From the NCBI GenBank assembly GCA_015228925.1, contig JADGCQ010000010.1, positions 1,128 to 65,127 on the forward strand: a DNA stretch of 64,000 bases. The letters run 5' to 3'. Both the position numbers and the translations under genes were made by a program. This DNA is from Magnetococcales bacterium (GTDB lineage: Bacteria; Pseudomonadota; Magnetococcia; Magnetococcales; UBA8363). This document shows positions 17,304 to 26,622 of this stretch, in pieces. The stretch's first letter is position 1. The number at the start of each line of letters is the position of its first letter. The notes under the pieces were generated by a model, which saw nothing but the letters and a program-made list of their open reading frames with translations, did not search any database and was not told the DNA's origin.

Positions 17304-18689
17304 ATGGACACCCCATGCATCTCCCAGGAACCTATGTATACGCCGTTAATTTCTCTCCCTCTTAAAAATTTATTAAACAGTTATACCGAACCGGCCATCC
17401 TGTTGGATAAGGATTTTTTTATTCATGGTTATAATGATGCCTACATCCAGGAGTATGGCAGCGTTTCAATTCCAGAGGGCCATAAATGCTACGAGATATC
17501 CCATTCTTTCTCCAAGCCGTGTGACCAGGAGGGGGAGTCTTGTCCCATGTTCTCCTGCATGGAATCGGGACGTGCCCATAAAATGATGCATGTCCATGTC
17601 ACGTCGCGGGGGCGGGAATATGTTGAGGTGGAGATGCGGCCCATTGCCGGGGATGATGGTCAACCGGAATATTTTTTAGAAATTCTTAAGCCAAGTCATA
17701 TTGCCCAGGCCATGCCATCACCGGTTGGCTTGGTGGGTACTTCGGAACCGTTCAACCATATGATCGATATGATCCGGCGTGTCGCTCCCAGTCGGGTTTC
17801 GGTATTTTTATCGGGTGCTTCCGGTACGGGAAAAGAGGTCGTCGCACGGGCTATTCATGATTCCAGTGATCGCAGTGATAAACCGTTTGTGCCGGTGGAA
17901 TGTTCAGGATTGACCGAGACGCTGTTTGAAAGTGAATTGTTTGGCCATGAAAAAGGGGCGTTTACCGGGGCTTATTTGAAAAAACGGGGTTTGGTGGAAG
18001 CGGCCCATGGTGGCACGCTTTTTTTGGATGAGATCGGCGATGTCCCGTTGCCGTTACAGGTTAAATTATTACGGCTTCTTGAAACCAAAACCTACCGCAA
18101 TGTCGGCAGTGTCGATACCCTCCATGCCGATTTTCGGCTCATTTCGGCGACCAATCAGGATTTGGGTGCCATGGTGGAAGCGGGGACATTTCGCCTTGAT
18201 CTGTACTATCGTATTTCCGTTTTTCCCATTCATATTCCTTCGCTGAGTGAACGGAAAAAGGATATCCCCTTGTTGGTGGAAACTTTGTTGCAGCGCATGG
18301 AGGGTTTCCGCAACAATGGCATCACGCCACGGGCCATCAAAGCTTTGGAAAATTATCATTTTCCAGGGAATATACGGGAACTGCTGAATTTTCTCGAACG
18401 GGCACTCCTTTTGGCGGAGAACGAACCCATCGATCTCAAGCATCTTCCGCAGGTGTGTCGAGATCTTTCCACGGCGGACGATACGGCGGTGTTGCAAGAC
18501 GAAACCATACTGCCTCTTCGCGAAGTGGAACGCCGTTACATCAAACAGGTTCTTGCACGGAGTCAGGAAGATCGGAAAAATCTTGCCGAACGGCTCGGGA
18601 TTAGCGAGCGGACCCTCTACCGCAAAATTGAGGAAGCCCATGGGATCAATGATTCGATCACGGAGTGCCAGGAATCCAATGTCCTCTGA
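17304..18689 (+). CDS. sigma-54-dependent transcriptional activator (Fis-type HTH) with a Cys-rich N-terminal sensor
   Basis: 461 aa. AAA+ motifs [15 protein letters not shown] and [15 protein letters not shown], plus [27 protein letters not shown]-terminal [19 protein letters not shown]. The N-terminal ~130 aa contain 4 Cys ([26 protein letters not shown]). Confidence 0.88.
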   Translation: MDTPCISQEPMYTPLISLPLKNLLNSYTEPAILLDKDFFIHGYNDAYIQEYGSVSIPEGHKCYEISHSFSKPCDQEGESCPMFSCMESGRAHKMMHVHVTSRGREYVEVEMRPIAGDDGQPEYFLEILKPSHIAQAMPSPVGLVGTSEPFNHMIDMIRRVAPSRVSVFLSGASGTGKEVVARAIHDSSDRSDKPFVPVECSGLTETLFESELFGHEKGAFTGAYLKKRGLVEAAHGGTLFLDEIGDVPLPLQVKLLRLLETKTYRNVGSVDTLHADFRLISATNQDLGAMVEAGTFRLDLYYRISVFPIHIPSLSERKKDIPLLVETLLQRMEGFRNNGITPRAIKALENYHFPGNIRELLNFLERALLLAENEPIDLKHLPQVCRDLSTADDTAVLQDETILPLREVERRYIKQVLARSQEDRKNLAERLGISERTLYRKIEEAHGINDSITECQESNVL

Positions 18690-18705
18690 TCTTTCTTATT
18701 GGAAA

Positions 18706-18721
18706 TGGCATGTCGGGTGCA
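18706..18721 (+). promoter_or_regulatory. candidate sigma-54 (-24/-12) promoter
   Basis: TGGCATgtcggGTGCA versus consensus TGGCAC-N5-TTGCA, with exact GG-N10-GC spacing. Lies 17 nt after the activator stop and 49 nt upstream of the small ORF at 18770. Confidence 0.45.
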
Positions 18722-18769
18722 TCGGTCTGAAGATATTCTTGACCGTGTCTCAATAGGAGAACTCGTATC

Positions 18770-18955
18770 ATGGGATCATTATCCATCGTAGCCAGCCAGC
18801 AGGAATATAAAATATTTGATCATGAGGCAGGGGAAATTTTGATAACGGGCATCGGTAGTTATAGAAATGCCCTGAGAATTTATGATCGGTTGACGATGCT
18901 ACGGGAAATCGCCGATGGATCTCAGATAGGCTCGACCGCCAATCTGATCATGTAA
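18770..18955 (+). CDS. hypothetical small protein (61 aa)
   Basis: ATG preceded by AGGAGA at 9-nt spacing, and by the sigma-54-like promoter. No recognisable motif. Confidence 0.4.
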   Translation: MGSLSIVASQQEYKIFDHEAGEILITGIGSYRNALRIYDRLTMLREIADGSQIGSTANLIM

Positions 18956-19192
18956 CCAAGTTTTCTCTCGGAACGGATATTTTGTCAACCAAAAGGACTT
19001 GTCCCGTTGGTAAAGAAAAGGTTTGCTTGTCGTTTGGTGGGAAATACCGTTTTAAAAAACGAACTTTCGCGCTATAGTGGATGCGGCGTTTGAGAAACTT
19101 TTAAGCCACTTTGAAGAATATACCATGGACGCCCTGGGGACAGCCGTGTGCCGTTCGTCCCGTTTTGGTCATTTGAGTGAGGTTCGACTATC

Positions 19193-19591
19193 ATGAGAAT
19201 CCTGATCGCTGACGACGATGACAGTTGTAGGCTCCTGCTGAAAGACATCCTTGCCCCCTATGGCGAATGCGCTTTGGCAGAAAACAGTAGCCAAGCGTTG
19301 GATCTGTTCCGCAACGCCTACAACGAAGAGGCCCCTTTTGAACTGGTGTGCCTGGATATCATGATGCCTGATCTGGATGGCAAAGAGGCCCTGTCCCAAA
19401 TGCGGGGTATTGAAAAAAAGTTGAAAGTCTCTCCCAATGATCGAAGCATTATTTTCATGATTACCGCCCTGAATTCCATGCAAACCGTGGTTTCGTCTTT
19501 TGAGGGAGGTGGCTGTAATGCTTACCTTACCAAACCAATCACCAAGCGTTCTTTGCTTGAGAAAATTAAAAAATACGGGTTGATTGACTGA
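19193..19591 (+). CDS. single-domain response regulator (CheY-like receiver)
   Basis: 132 aa. MRILIADDDDSCRLLL, phospho-acceptor context VCLDIMMPDLDGKEAL, ITALNS, LTKP. Confidence 0.88.
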   Translation: MRILIADDDDSCRLLLKDILAPYGECALAENSSQALDLFRNAYNEEAPFELVCLDIMMPDLDGKEALSQMRGIEKKLKVSPNDRSIIFMITALNSMQTVVSSFEGGGCNAYLTKPITKRSLLEKIKKYGLID

Positions 19592-19649
19592 GTTGACATG
19601 AGAAGATGGATCAACCATCCGGGAACGCAGAGGGTAATCGGATCTTGCC

Positions 19650-20240
19650 ATGCCCAAACAGACTAAAACATACACCAAAATCCTTGAGGCGGCGTTGCCA
19701 CTGTTTGCGGCGTTTGGCTACCGAGGAGTCGCCATGCGCGATATTGCCAATACCGTTGGCATTACAGCGGCGGCACTGTATAACCATTTTCCAAACAAAG
19801 AGACTTTGTATCTCAAGGCATTGGAATATGCCTTTGAGGCGCAGGTGGGGGGATTGTCGGGGGCACTCGGAAACGCTCGGACACCGCACGAACGATTGAC
19901 CGCTTTTGTCGGTTTTTGGGTGGAAACCTTTGGGAGTGATGTCATCCTCCGTGCCCTGTTGCAGAGAGAAATGACCGATGCCGACGATACCCGGTTGGCC
20001 CTGTTGGTCCAGCACGTATTCCAACCGATTTATGCGGAGGTTGAGAGTTTCCTGACCTCCATCTCCGGGCGACATGACCCGTTGATGTTATTCACTTCCA
20101 TCGCCGGGTTGGTCATGTATCACTTTGAAACTACCCCCATGCGGAAGCTTCTTCCTGGGTTCCGTCCTAGCCAGGATGAACATGAGGCACTCGTTGAACA
20201 TGTCACGATGCTCTTGGAACATGGTATTGATATGGCCTAG
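19650..20240 (+). CDS. TetR/AcrR-family transcriptional regulator
   Basis: 196 aa. N-terminal HTH ILEAALPLFAAFGYRGVAMRDIANTVGITAAALYNHFPNKETLY. Confidence 0.85.
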   Translation: MPKQTKTYTKILEAALPLFAAFGYRGVAMRDIANTVGITAAALYNHFPNKETLYLKALEYAFEAQVGGLSGALGNARTPHERLTAFVGFWVETFGSDVILRALLQREMTDADDTRLALLVQHVFQPIYAEVESFLTSISGRHDPLMLFTSIAGLVMYHFETTPMRKLLPGFRPSQDEHEALVEHVTMLLEHGIDMA

Positions 20241-20319
20241 GTATTTTCCCGCATGGTGGTCGCAGGCCCAAAGGCGATTGACCATGCCGTCCATTGATTA
20301 AATATTCCATGGTTTCTTA

Positions 20320-21321
20320 ATGCGTATACTTGTTGTTGATGTTTCGGTGGATGATCGTCGATCAATCATCGATATATTAAAATCGATAGATCATTTTGAA
20401 GTGACGCCGGCTGGATCGGCCCAGGAGGCCTATGATCTTTTAGGGATTGGAAAAGAGACCATTCCCCAAATCCAACTGGATCTGATTGTTTTGGATATGG
20501 AACTTTCACCACCCGGGGGGCTTGCGGTTTGTCGCATCATCAAAGAGTCGAACCATCTCAAGGATATTCCCATCATTATACTGGCCGGTGACCAGGGGGT
20601 GGATAGCTTGGCTTCCGCTTTTTCATTGGGGGCTATCGATTATGTCAGAAAGCCTGTTGAAAAAATGGACCTGTTGACCCGGGTTCATTCGGGTTTGCGC
20701 TTGAAAGAGGAAATGGATATTCGAAAAGCGCGTGAGCAGGAGTTGTTGGAAGTTACAAAAAAATTGGCATCGGCCAATCAAATTCTCAGACGCATGGCTT
20801 TTTTGGATGGCCTGACGGGAATTGCCAATCGACGATTTTTTGATGAAATTTTTCAAAAGGAATGGCGCCGGGCGGCGCGGTCACAGAGTACAATCGCCTT
20901 GATCCTGATTGATATTGATTTTTTCAAATCGTTCAATGATCGTTACGGTCACCAAGCTGGAGATGATTGTCTGAAACAGGTCGCCAAAGCCTTGGAATCT
21001 TCTCTGAAACGACCTGGAGATCACGCCATTCGCTATGGCGGCGAGGAGTTTGCCGTCCTTTTGGCGGAGGAGATCAGTCTGGAAGGGACACGGAAGGTTG
21101 CGGAAACCTTGCGGGCTAATGTCGAAGCCCTTGGTTTGACGCACGACGGGAATCCCGTCCATGGCCATGTCACGATCAGTGTTGGGGTTGCCCTGGCACG
21201 ACCTGAGGAGGGATTGTCGCCGCAATCCTTGGTGACGCAAGCGGACAAGGCCCTCTATGAAGCCAAACACCAGGGGCGCAATCGCATTGTCATCGCTTCG
21301 GGTTTAAGCACCAGTTTTTAA
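20320..21321 (+). CDS. response regulator-diguanylate cyclase (REC-GGDEF, PleD-like)
   Basis: 333 aa. Receiver (RILVVDVS..., LIVLDMELSPPGG), then LDGLTGIANRRFF, IDIDFFKSFNDRYGHQAGD, RYGGEEF, ALYEAKHQGRNR. Confidence 0.88.
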   Translation: MRILVVDVSVDDRRSIIDILKSIDHFEVTPAGSAQEAYDLLGIGKETIPQIQLDLIVLDMELSPPGGLAVCRIIKESNHLKDIPIIILAGDQGVDSLASAFSLGAIDYVRKPVEKMDLLTRVHSGLRLKEEMDIRKAREQELLEVTKKLASANQILRRMAFLDGLTGIANRRFFDEIFQKEWRRAARSQSTIALILIDIDFFKSFNDRYGHQAGDDCLKQVAKALESSLKRPGDHAIRYGGEEFAVLLAEEISLEGTRKVAETLRANVEALGLTHDGNPVHGHVTISVGVALARPEEGLSPQSLVTQADKALYEAKHQGRNRIVIASGLSTSF

Positions 21322-21462
21322 GTCGGTTTTGTCCCCAATCGTTCACCATCGTAGCCCTCCTGTGATTGGAATTTTTTTTATGGCTGGCTACTTCTCCTCG
21401 ATGATCACGCAACTTGTGTGCTGACTAGTCCTTACCTAGCCAGAAGATGCATAGCGGCAATC

Positions 21463-22155
21463 TCAGTCAACGCTGCGTAACCTTGCGTCCAGAAACAGAT
21501 GATAGAGTGCGGCCACGAGAGAAAAATCCCCAATCAGAAGATCAAGCAATCCTGAGTCAAAGATGTACGGCTCATATTCGGAGACTCGGCACAGATAAAC
21601 ATTCTTTTTTCTGTAGATATTGCGTATCGGTTCTGGTGTTCCTTCCGGTGGCATCACCGGCGGACGTTTGTAGTCGGTGCCTTCAACTGCAAATCCCTTT
21701 TTCTCGGCCTCTTTTACCGTATTCAGGAAGAGTTCCTGCCGTTGCTGGATCATTGTCCGAACGGTTCCCATCGTCGTTGGCTTGGCTGAGTAGAAACCCA
21801 TTCCGTAGCGGCAGCGATCTGGCGTTACTTCGAAAAAATAGGCTGGCATACCGGTCCATTCAGGGTCTTCACGGTGGTAGGCGAACCATGCTTCCGTCTT
21901 GTAAGGTGACTTGTTGGCGGAAAAACGGGTATCCCTCTGTGGACGCGATAGCTTCAGGGAGATTTTGCTATCGATTTGTACCATATGCGACGCCAATCCC
22001 TCCGCCAGGGATTTAAGCGGTTTCATCACATGGGTTTCATAGGCGTCCTTGTTTGAATGATACCACCCGCGCGAATTGTTTTCTCTCAACTTTCCCAAGA
22101 AAAGCGGAAGCTGGTCATTCAGGGGTAAAAATATCGGCGTGTTTGAATCCTTCAT
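21463..22155 (-). CDS. DUF2461 (TIGR02453) family protein
   Basis: FLGKLRENNSRGWYHSNKDAYETHV and SRPQRDTRFSANKSPYKTEAW motifs. Start moved to ATG 22155 (GGTGGG upstream) because the longer ORF (to 22302) overlaps the upstream gene. Confidence 0.7.
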   Translation of the reverse strand: MKDSNTPIFLPLNDQLPLFLGKLRENNSRGWYHSNKDAYETHVMKPLKSLAEGLASHMVQIDSKISLKLSRPQRDTRFSANKSPYKTEAWFAYHREDPEWTGMPAYFFEVTPDRCRYGMGFYSAKPTTMGTVRTMIQQRQELFLNTVKEAEKKGFAVEGTDYKRPPVMPPEGTPEPIRNIYRKKNVYLCRVSEYEPYIFDSGLLDLLIGDFSLVAALYHLFLDARLRSVD

Positions 22156-22249
22156 TTGAAAACCCACCATGGATGAAAACAATGACATCATTACGGACAT
22201 CCAGGGCAACCCAATGTGGCAGTTTCGTCGTTGTCTCCCTGGACTCGTT

Positions 22250-22609
22250 CTAAAGCATCCCAAGTGCCTGCTTGTAGAGATGCAGTATGGCCTCTTCCTC
22301 ATCGATTTCGTTGGGATCGCGTTTACGCAAGCGAATCACCTGCCGCATGATCTTGGGATCGAACCCTTGTGATTTGGCTTCTGCATAGACATCGCGGACC
22401 TGGGAGGCGACTTCTGCCTTCTCCTCCTCGAGACGCTCAATACGATCAATGAAACGCATCAATTGGTCGGCTGCGATTTCTTCAACCACCAAGTGGTCCT
22501 CCCCTTTGGGTAACCCGTCTCCCTGATTCTCGATAACTTTCAAACCCATGACTTGATCCTTCGATGATATGGTAATGACACTCCCACGATCAGCATAATC
22601 TACCATCAA
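22250..22609 (-). CDS. DUF2312 / GapR-like nucleoid-associated protein
   Basis: C-terminal ~75 aa LMRFIDRIERLEEEKAEVASQVRDVYAEAKSQGFDPKIMRQVIRLRKRDPNEIDEEEAILHLYKQALGM match the UPF0335/DUF2312 pattern. The N-terminal ~45 aa are an extension, or the true start is internal (MGLKV, about 22549). Confidence 0.75.
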   Translation of the reverse strand: MMVDYADRGSVITISSKDQVMGLKVIENQGDGLPKGEDHLVVEEIAADQLMRFIDRIERLEEEKAEVASQVRDVYAEAKSQGFDPKIMRQVIRLRKRDPNEIDEEEAILHLYKQALGML

Positions 22610-22677
22610 ATTCTTTTCCAGTCTTTACCCAAAACCACCGACAAGGTAGGATGAACTGTGAATGATGAATTTGTCGT

Positions 22678-24450
22678 GTGTCAATTGTGATGATTACTCT
22701 GCGCGTGGAGAACGAGATGTCCCTGTCTCAGCCTGTCGAAGAATCCCTGGTACTGCTGCAAAAACACATCCAGATGTTGGGAGATATCCCCAACGTCACC
22801 AAAGCTGGATTCATGAATATTGCCGATCACATGGGGGATTTTTCCGCCAGCTTTGCTTCGGGAGCCAGTCGTGCCATCACCATTCGCGAGCGTATTGGCG
22901 TCAACAACAGTGAATTGGGACTGACCGATCTTCGCCACAACCTGCGGCAGATCTATCGTGAAATCACCGGGGTGTTTCAGTCCATCAAGTCCCTGGTGAA
23001 AGATAAAGAATCCTTTTCCTCCAGCATGGAACAAATCGCCGATTGGGGAATGCGTCTGGAACAGGATGCCCATCTGCCGCTCATGGTGGATCAGGTGCGC
23101 GGTCAGGGGAAAGAAGAACTTGAACGCCAAACCTTGGCCGCCATCATCGATAGTCTGATGCGGCAAATGCGACCGTTGGTTCACGAGGTTTCTTCCTGTA
23201 CCCAGGAAGCCAGCGATATCATGAATCACCTCACCCGGCGTATTGTCGCCGATCTTGATACCTCCAACCACAGCCTTACTGTTCTCAAAGGCCATACGGC
23301 ATCGACCTTGAAGCGGATGTCTGCGGGGGTCCAAAACCTCCTCAAGAACTGTACCCTGGTGGAAAGTCAATCCGATAGCGTCAATGAGATCATCTTTGAG
23401 ATGGTCCAGGCCATGCAGTATGACGATATTTCGTCTCAGCGCATCAGTCATGTCATCACCGCATTGCAAAAGGCCATGGAAAAGCTTCAATCTCTCGGCA
23501 CCGCCGAGGATCCTCAAACCAACTTGCGTTGGTTTATCCTGGTCATCCGCATTTGCGGTGAGCAACTGCGCGGGATCAATACCGATCTGGTGGCTGCGGT
23601 CAACGATATGCATCATCATCTCACCCGTATTTCCGATGTCGCCGAAGGACAAAAAAATGCCGTTTCTTTAGCCCAGAGCCTGAGCATGGAGTTGCGTAAG
23701 GATTGCGCTGAAATCAGCTATCACCTTCATATTCTGTTACGCTTGGGTGTGTTCGACGAAGACCTTTCCAGCGATGTCCTCAAAACCCTTTCCAAGGCGG
23801 AAAATGCCGTTTTCCAAGCCAAACGTGCCCTGGATATGCTTTCCATGACCTGTGAGCGTCTGGAACATCTGGTGATGGGGCTGGATACCAGTCGCAACGG
23901 TCGCTTGGAAAATCTGGCCCGCTCCGTATCGGCCATTGCCATGATCGTCAAGCAAGAGGGGAAGGAACGCCATGCCCAACTGATGCAAGCGGTGGATAAG
24001 CTTCAGGCGATTACCATGTTTTTTTCTGAAAAAACCACCCCGAAGGTGATGCGGACCCATAGTTTATTGCGTCGTCTTCCCATGTTGCTGCAACAGATTG
24101 AAGCGACCAATAATGACATTCGCGCCATGATGAATGAAAATCTATCGGGATCCCGCACCGTTGGCATCCAGATCATGTTGCTTTCGGCGGAAATGGATTT
24201 TCACAACACCATCGAACGTGAATTAAACCGGATCATGGAACAACTCGCCATGACTACAGAGAAGGTAGCGACGGGTACCCTGGCGACCGAACTCGGTGGT
24301 AATCTTCATGAAATGGCCCGTGAATTTGAAGATTTGGCTTCCATGTATACCATGGACAGCGAACGCCGCGCCCATGGAGACGCCCTGGGTGGCGATGCCG
24401 ACCTTTTTGGCGAATCGACTGGTTCAGACGACGAAATTGAACTGTTCTAA
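22678..24450 (+). CDS. hypothetical protein, predominantly helical/coiled-coil, acidic C-terminus
   Basis: 590-aa ORF with consistent coding-like composition. The antisense 323-aa ORF looks like a shadow. No motif recognised. Start uncertain. Confidence 0.55.
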   Translation: MSIVMITLRVENEMSLSQPVEESLVLLQKHIQMLGDIPNVTKAGFMNIADHMGDFSASFASGASRAITIRERIGVNNSELGLTDLRHNLRQIYREITGVFQSIKSLVKDKESFSSSMEQIADWGMRLEQDAHLPLMVDQVRGQGKEELERQTLAAIIDSLMRQMRPLVHEVSSCTQEASDIMNHLTRRIVADLDTSNHSLTVLKGHTASTLKRMSAGVQNLLKNCTLVESQSDSVNEIIFEMVQAMQYDDISSQRISHVITALQKAMEKLQSLGTAEDPQTNLRWFILVIRICGEQLRGINTDLVAAVNDMHHHLTRISDVAEGQKNAVSLAQSLSMELRKDCAEISYHLHILLRLGVFDEDLSSDVLKTLSKAENAVFQAKRALDMLSMTCERLEHLVMGLDTSRNGRLENLARSVSAIAMIVKQEGKERHAQLMQAVDKLQAITMFFSEKTTPKVMRTHSLLRRLPMLLQQIEATNNDIRAMMNENLSGSRTVGIQIMLLSAEMDFHNTIERELNRIMEQLAMTTEKVATGTLATELGGNLHEMAREFEDLASMYTMDSERRAHGDALGGDADLFGESTGSDDEIELF

Positions 24451-24505
24451 ATCAGGATCTTCAGTCTTTAGTTTGAACGACCGTTTCCAGCCTACGCAAC
24501 CCGGA

Positions 24506-24540
24506 CTTGAAGTCTGGACACTCTTGGTCCAGACTTCAAG
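24506..24540. terminator. strong hairpin between convergent genes (possible bidirectional terminator)
   Basis: CTTGAAGTCTGGAC-actcttg-GTCCAGACTTCAAG: 14-bp perfect stem, 7-nt loop, between the 590-aa ORF stop (24450) and the htpG stop (24570). No clear U-tract on either side. Confidence 0.5.
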
Positions 24541-24569
24541 CCGAATTTCGAGTAGTTACGCAGGATATT

Positions 24570-26498
24570 TCAGGAAGCCATTTCTAAAAGAAGTTTGTTG
24601 AGCTTGCGGATAAACCCCGGAGGGTCATCCAATTGCCCACCTTCGCTTAACATGGCCTGATCGTACAAGATACGGCCCAAATCGTTAAACCGTTCCTCGT
24701 TGCTTTCGTTGCGTAAACGCTCCACCAAGGGATGGCTGGGGTTGAGTTCCAGAATGCGCAAGGTTCCGGGGACACTCTGTCCCGCCTCTTTGAGGATACG
24801 CGCCATGGTGGAACTCATGTCGTGTTCGTCACTGACCAAGCAGGCGGGGGAATCGGTCAGCCGGTGGGTCAATCGTACCTCTTTGACGATTTCTCCCAGA
24901 TTTTTCTTCACCCGTTCCACCAAATCTTTGAAATCCCCCTCTTTCTTTTCCAACTCTTTTTTCTCATCTTCATTTTCCAACTTGCCCAGGTCCAATCCCC
25001 CCTTGGCGACCGATTGCAACGATTTGCCTTCAAACTCGGTGAGATGAGAAATCAACCATTCATCCACCCGGTCACTGAGCAACAAGACTTCGATCCCTTT
25101 TTTGCGGAAGATTTCCAGGTGTGGACTGTTTTTTGCGCCAGCAAAATTTTCAGCCGTGACATAATAGATTTTTTCCTGATCCGGCTTCATCCGGCTCACA
25201 TACTCGGCGAGGGAAACTTCCTGATCGGCGGTATCGTTGTGGGTTGTGGAAAACCGGAGAATCTTCGCCAAACGATCCTTGTTGCTGAAATCCTCGATCA
25301 CCCCCTCCTTGAGTACCAACCCAAAGGTTTTCCACAACTCTTTGAACTTATCCGGTTCTTTTTCCGCCATCTCTTCAAACAGGCCAAAAACCTTCCCCAC
25401 GGCCCCTTTGCGCATCGCTTCGACCATGGGATTGTTTTGCAATATCTCCCGAGAGATGTTGAGCGGCAGATCGGCGGAGTCGATGACCCCTCGGATGAAC
25501 CGCAGATAACGCGGCATCAACTCTTTTGCCCCCTCCATGATAAACACCCGGCGCACATAAAGTTTGACGCCATGTTTACCATCGCGATCCCAAAGATCGA
25601 AGGGTGCTTTTTTGGGAACATAAAGCAGAAGGGTATAATCTTGTTTTCCTTCCAGCCGGACATGCAGATGGGTTAGGGGTTCTTCATAATCGTGGGAGAT
25701 ATGTTTGTAGAATTCCTTATATTCTTCATCTTTGATGTCACTTTTATTTCGCGTCCACAGTGCCGAGGCCTTGTTGACGGTCTCCCATTCGGGGGGCTTG
25801 ACCTCCTCCGGTTTGTCCGCTTCCTTGTCTTGATCCATCTTGGAATAATCGGGTTTGACCATGAGGATGGGCCAGGGAACATGGTCGGAGAATTTGCGGA
25901 TGATGGAACGGAGTCGCCAATCATCCAGAAATTCGGTTTGGTCATCGTTGAGGTGCAGAACAATCTCCGTACCCCGTTTTTCCACGTCCACCATTTCGAT
26001 GGTGTATTGACCATCCCCAGAAGACTGCCAGCGGACCCCGCTTTCCCTGGGAAGACCGGCTTTACGGGTCGTCAGGGTGACATTGTTGGCGATGATAAAC
26101 GCCGAATAGAATCCGACGCCAAATTGACCAATCAGATTGGCATCCTTGGCTTGATCACCGGTCAAAGATTTTAAAAATTCTTTGGTCCCCGACCGGGCGA
26201 TAGTGCCGATGTTGCTGATCACCTCATCCCGGTCCATACCGATACCGTTATCGGTGATGGTAACCGTCTTGGCCTCTTTGTCGCAGGTGATGCGGATTTC
26301 CAGGTTGGGTTCATTTTCGTATAAACTGGCGTTGGATACCGCTTGGAATCTGAGTTTATCCGCCGCATCCGAGGCGTTGGAAATCAGCTCTCTGAGGAAA
26401 ATCTCCTTGTTGCTGTACAAGGAGTGAATCATCAGGTGGAGAAGCTGGGTCACTTCGGTTTGGAAGGCATGTGTCTCTTTGTGTTCAACATTGCTCAT
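24570..26498 (-). CDS. htpG: molecular chaperone HtpG (Hsp90)
   Basis: MSNVEHKETHAFQTEVTQLLHLMIHSLYSNKEIFLRELISNASDAADKLRF aligns with the E. coli HtpG N-terminus. Start taken at ATG 26498; the ORF track extends to a TTG at 26519. Confidence 0.93.
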   Translation of the reverse strand: MSNVEHKETHAFQTEVTQLLHLMIHSLYSNKEIFLRELISNASDAADKLRFQAVSNASLYENEPNLEIRITCDKEAKTVTITDNGIGMDRDEVISNIGTIARSGTKEFLKSLTGDQAKDANLIGQFGVGFYSAFIIANNVTLTTRKAGLPRESGVRWQSSGDGQYTIEMVDVEKRGTEIVLHLNDDQTEFLDDWRLRSIIRKFSDHVPWPILMVKPDYSKMDQDKEADKPEEVKPPEWETVNKASALWTRNKSDIKDEEYKEFYKHISHDYEEPLTHLHVRLEGKQDYTLLLYVPKKAPFDLWDRDGKHGVKLYVRRVFIMEGAKELMPRYLRFIRGVIDSADLPLNISREILQNNPMVEAMRKGAVGKVFGLFEEMAEKEPDKFKELWKTFGLVLKEGVIEDFSNKDRLAKILRFSTTHNDTADQEVSLAEYVSRMKPDQEKIYYVTAENFAGAKNSPHLEIFRKKGIEVLLLSDRVDEWLISHLTEFEGKSLQSVAKGGLDLGKLENEDEKKELEKKEGDFKDLVERVKKNLGEIVKEVRLTHRLTDSPACLVSDEHDMSSTMARILKEAGQSVPGTLRILELNPSHPLVERLRNESNEERFNDLGRILYDQAMLSEGGQLDDPPGFIRKLNKLLLEMAS

Positions 26499-26558
26499 GG
26501 TGGCCATCAACCCCTTCAAAATGGTCTAGCGTTCAGAAAAAAAAACTGTCGTTGGCAG

Positions 26559-26589
26559 ATATGGGGATGACCAATCGATTCCGCAAGGG
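26559..26589 (-). promoter_or_regulatory. candidate sigma-32 heat-shock promoter of htpG
   Basis: On the minus strand: CCCTTGCGG-N14-CCCCATAT, versus the sigma-32 consensus CCCTTGAAA-N13-15-CCCCATnT. Lies about 40-60 nt upstream of the htpG start candidates. Confidence 0.55.
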
Positions 26590-26622
26590 TTGTTGTGATT
26601 TTTTCCCCGCTTTAAACCCTTT

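Noticed and set aside
21322-21462. Possible intrinsic terminator between the convergent REC-GGDEF and DUF2461 genes (CCAATC...GATTGG followed by a T-run).
   Set aside because: The stem is only 6 bp with a ~23-nt loop, too weak to call.
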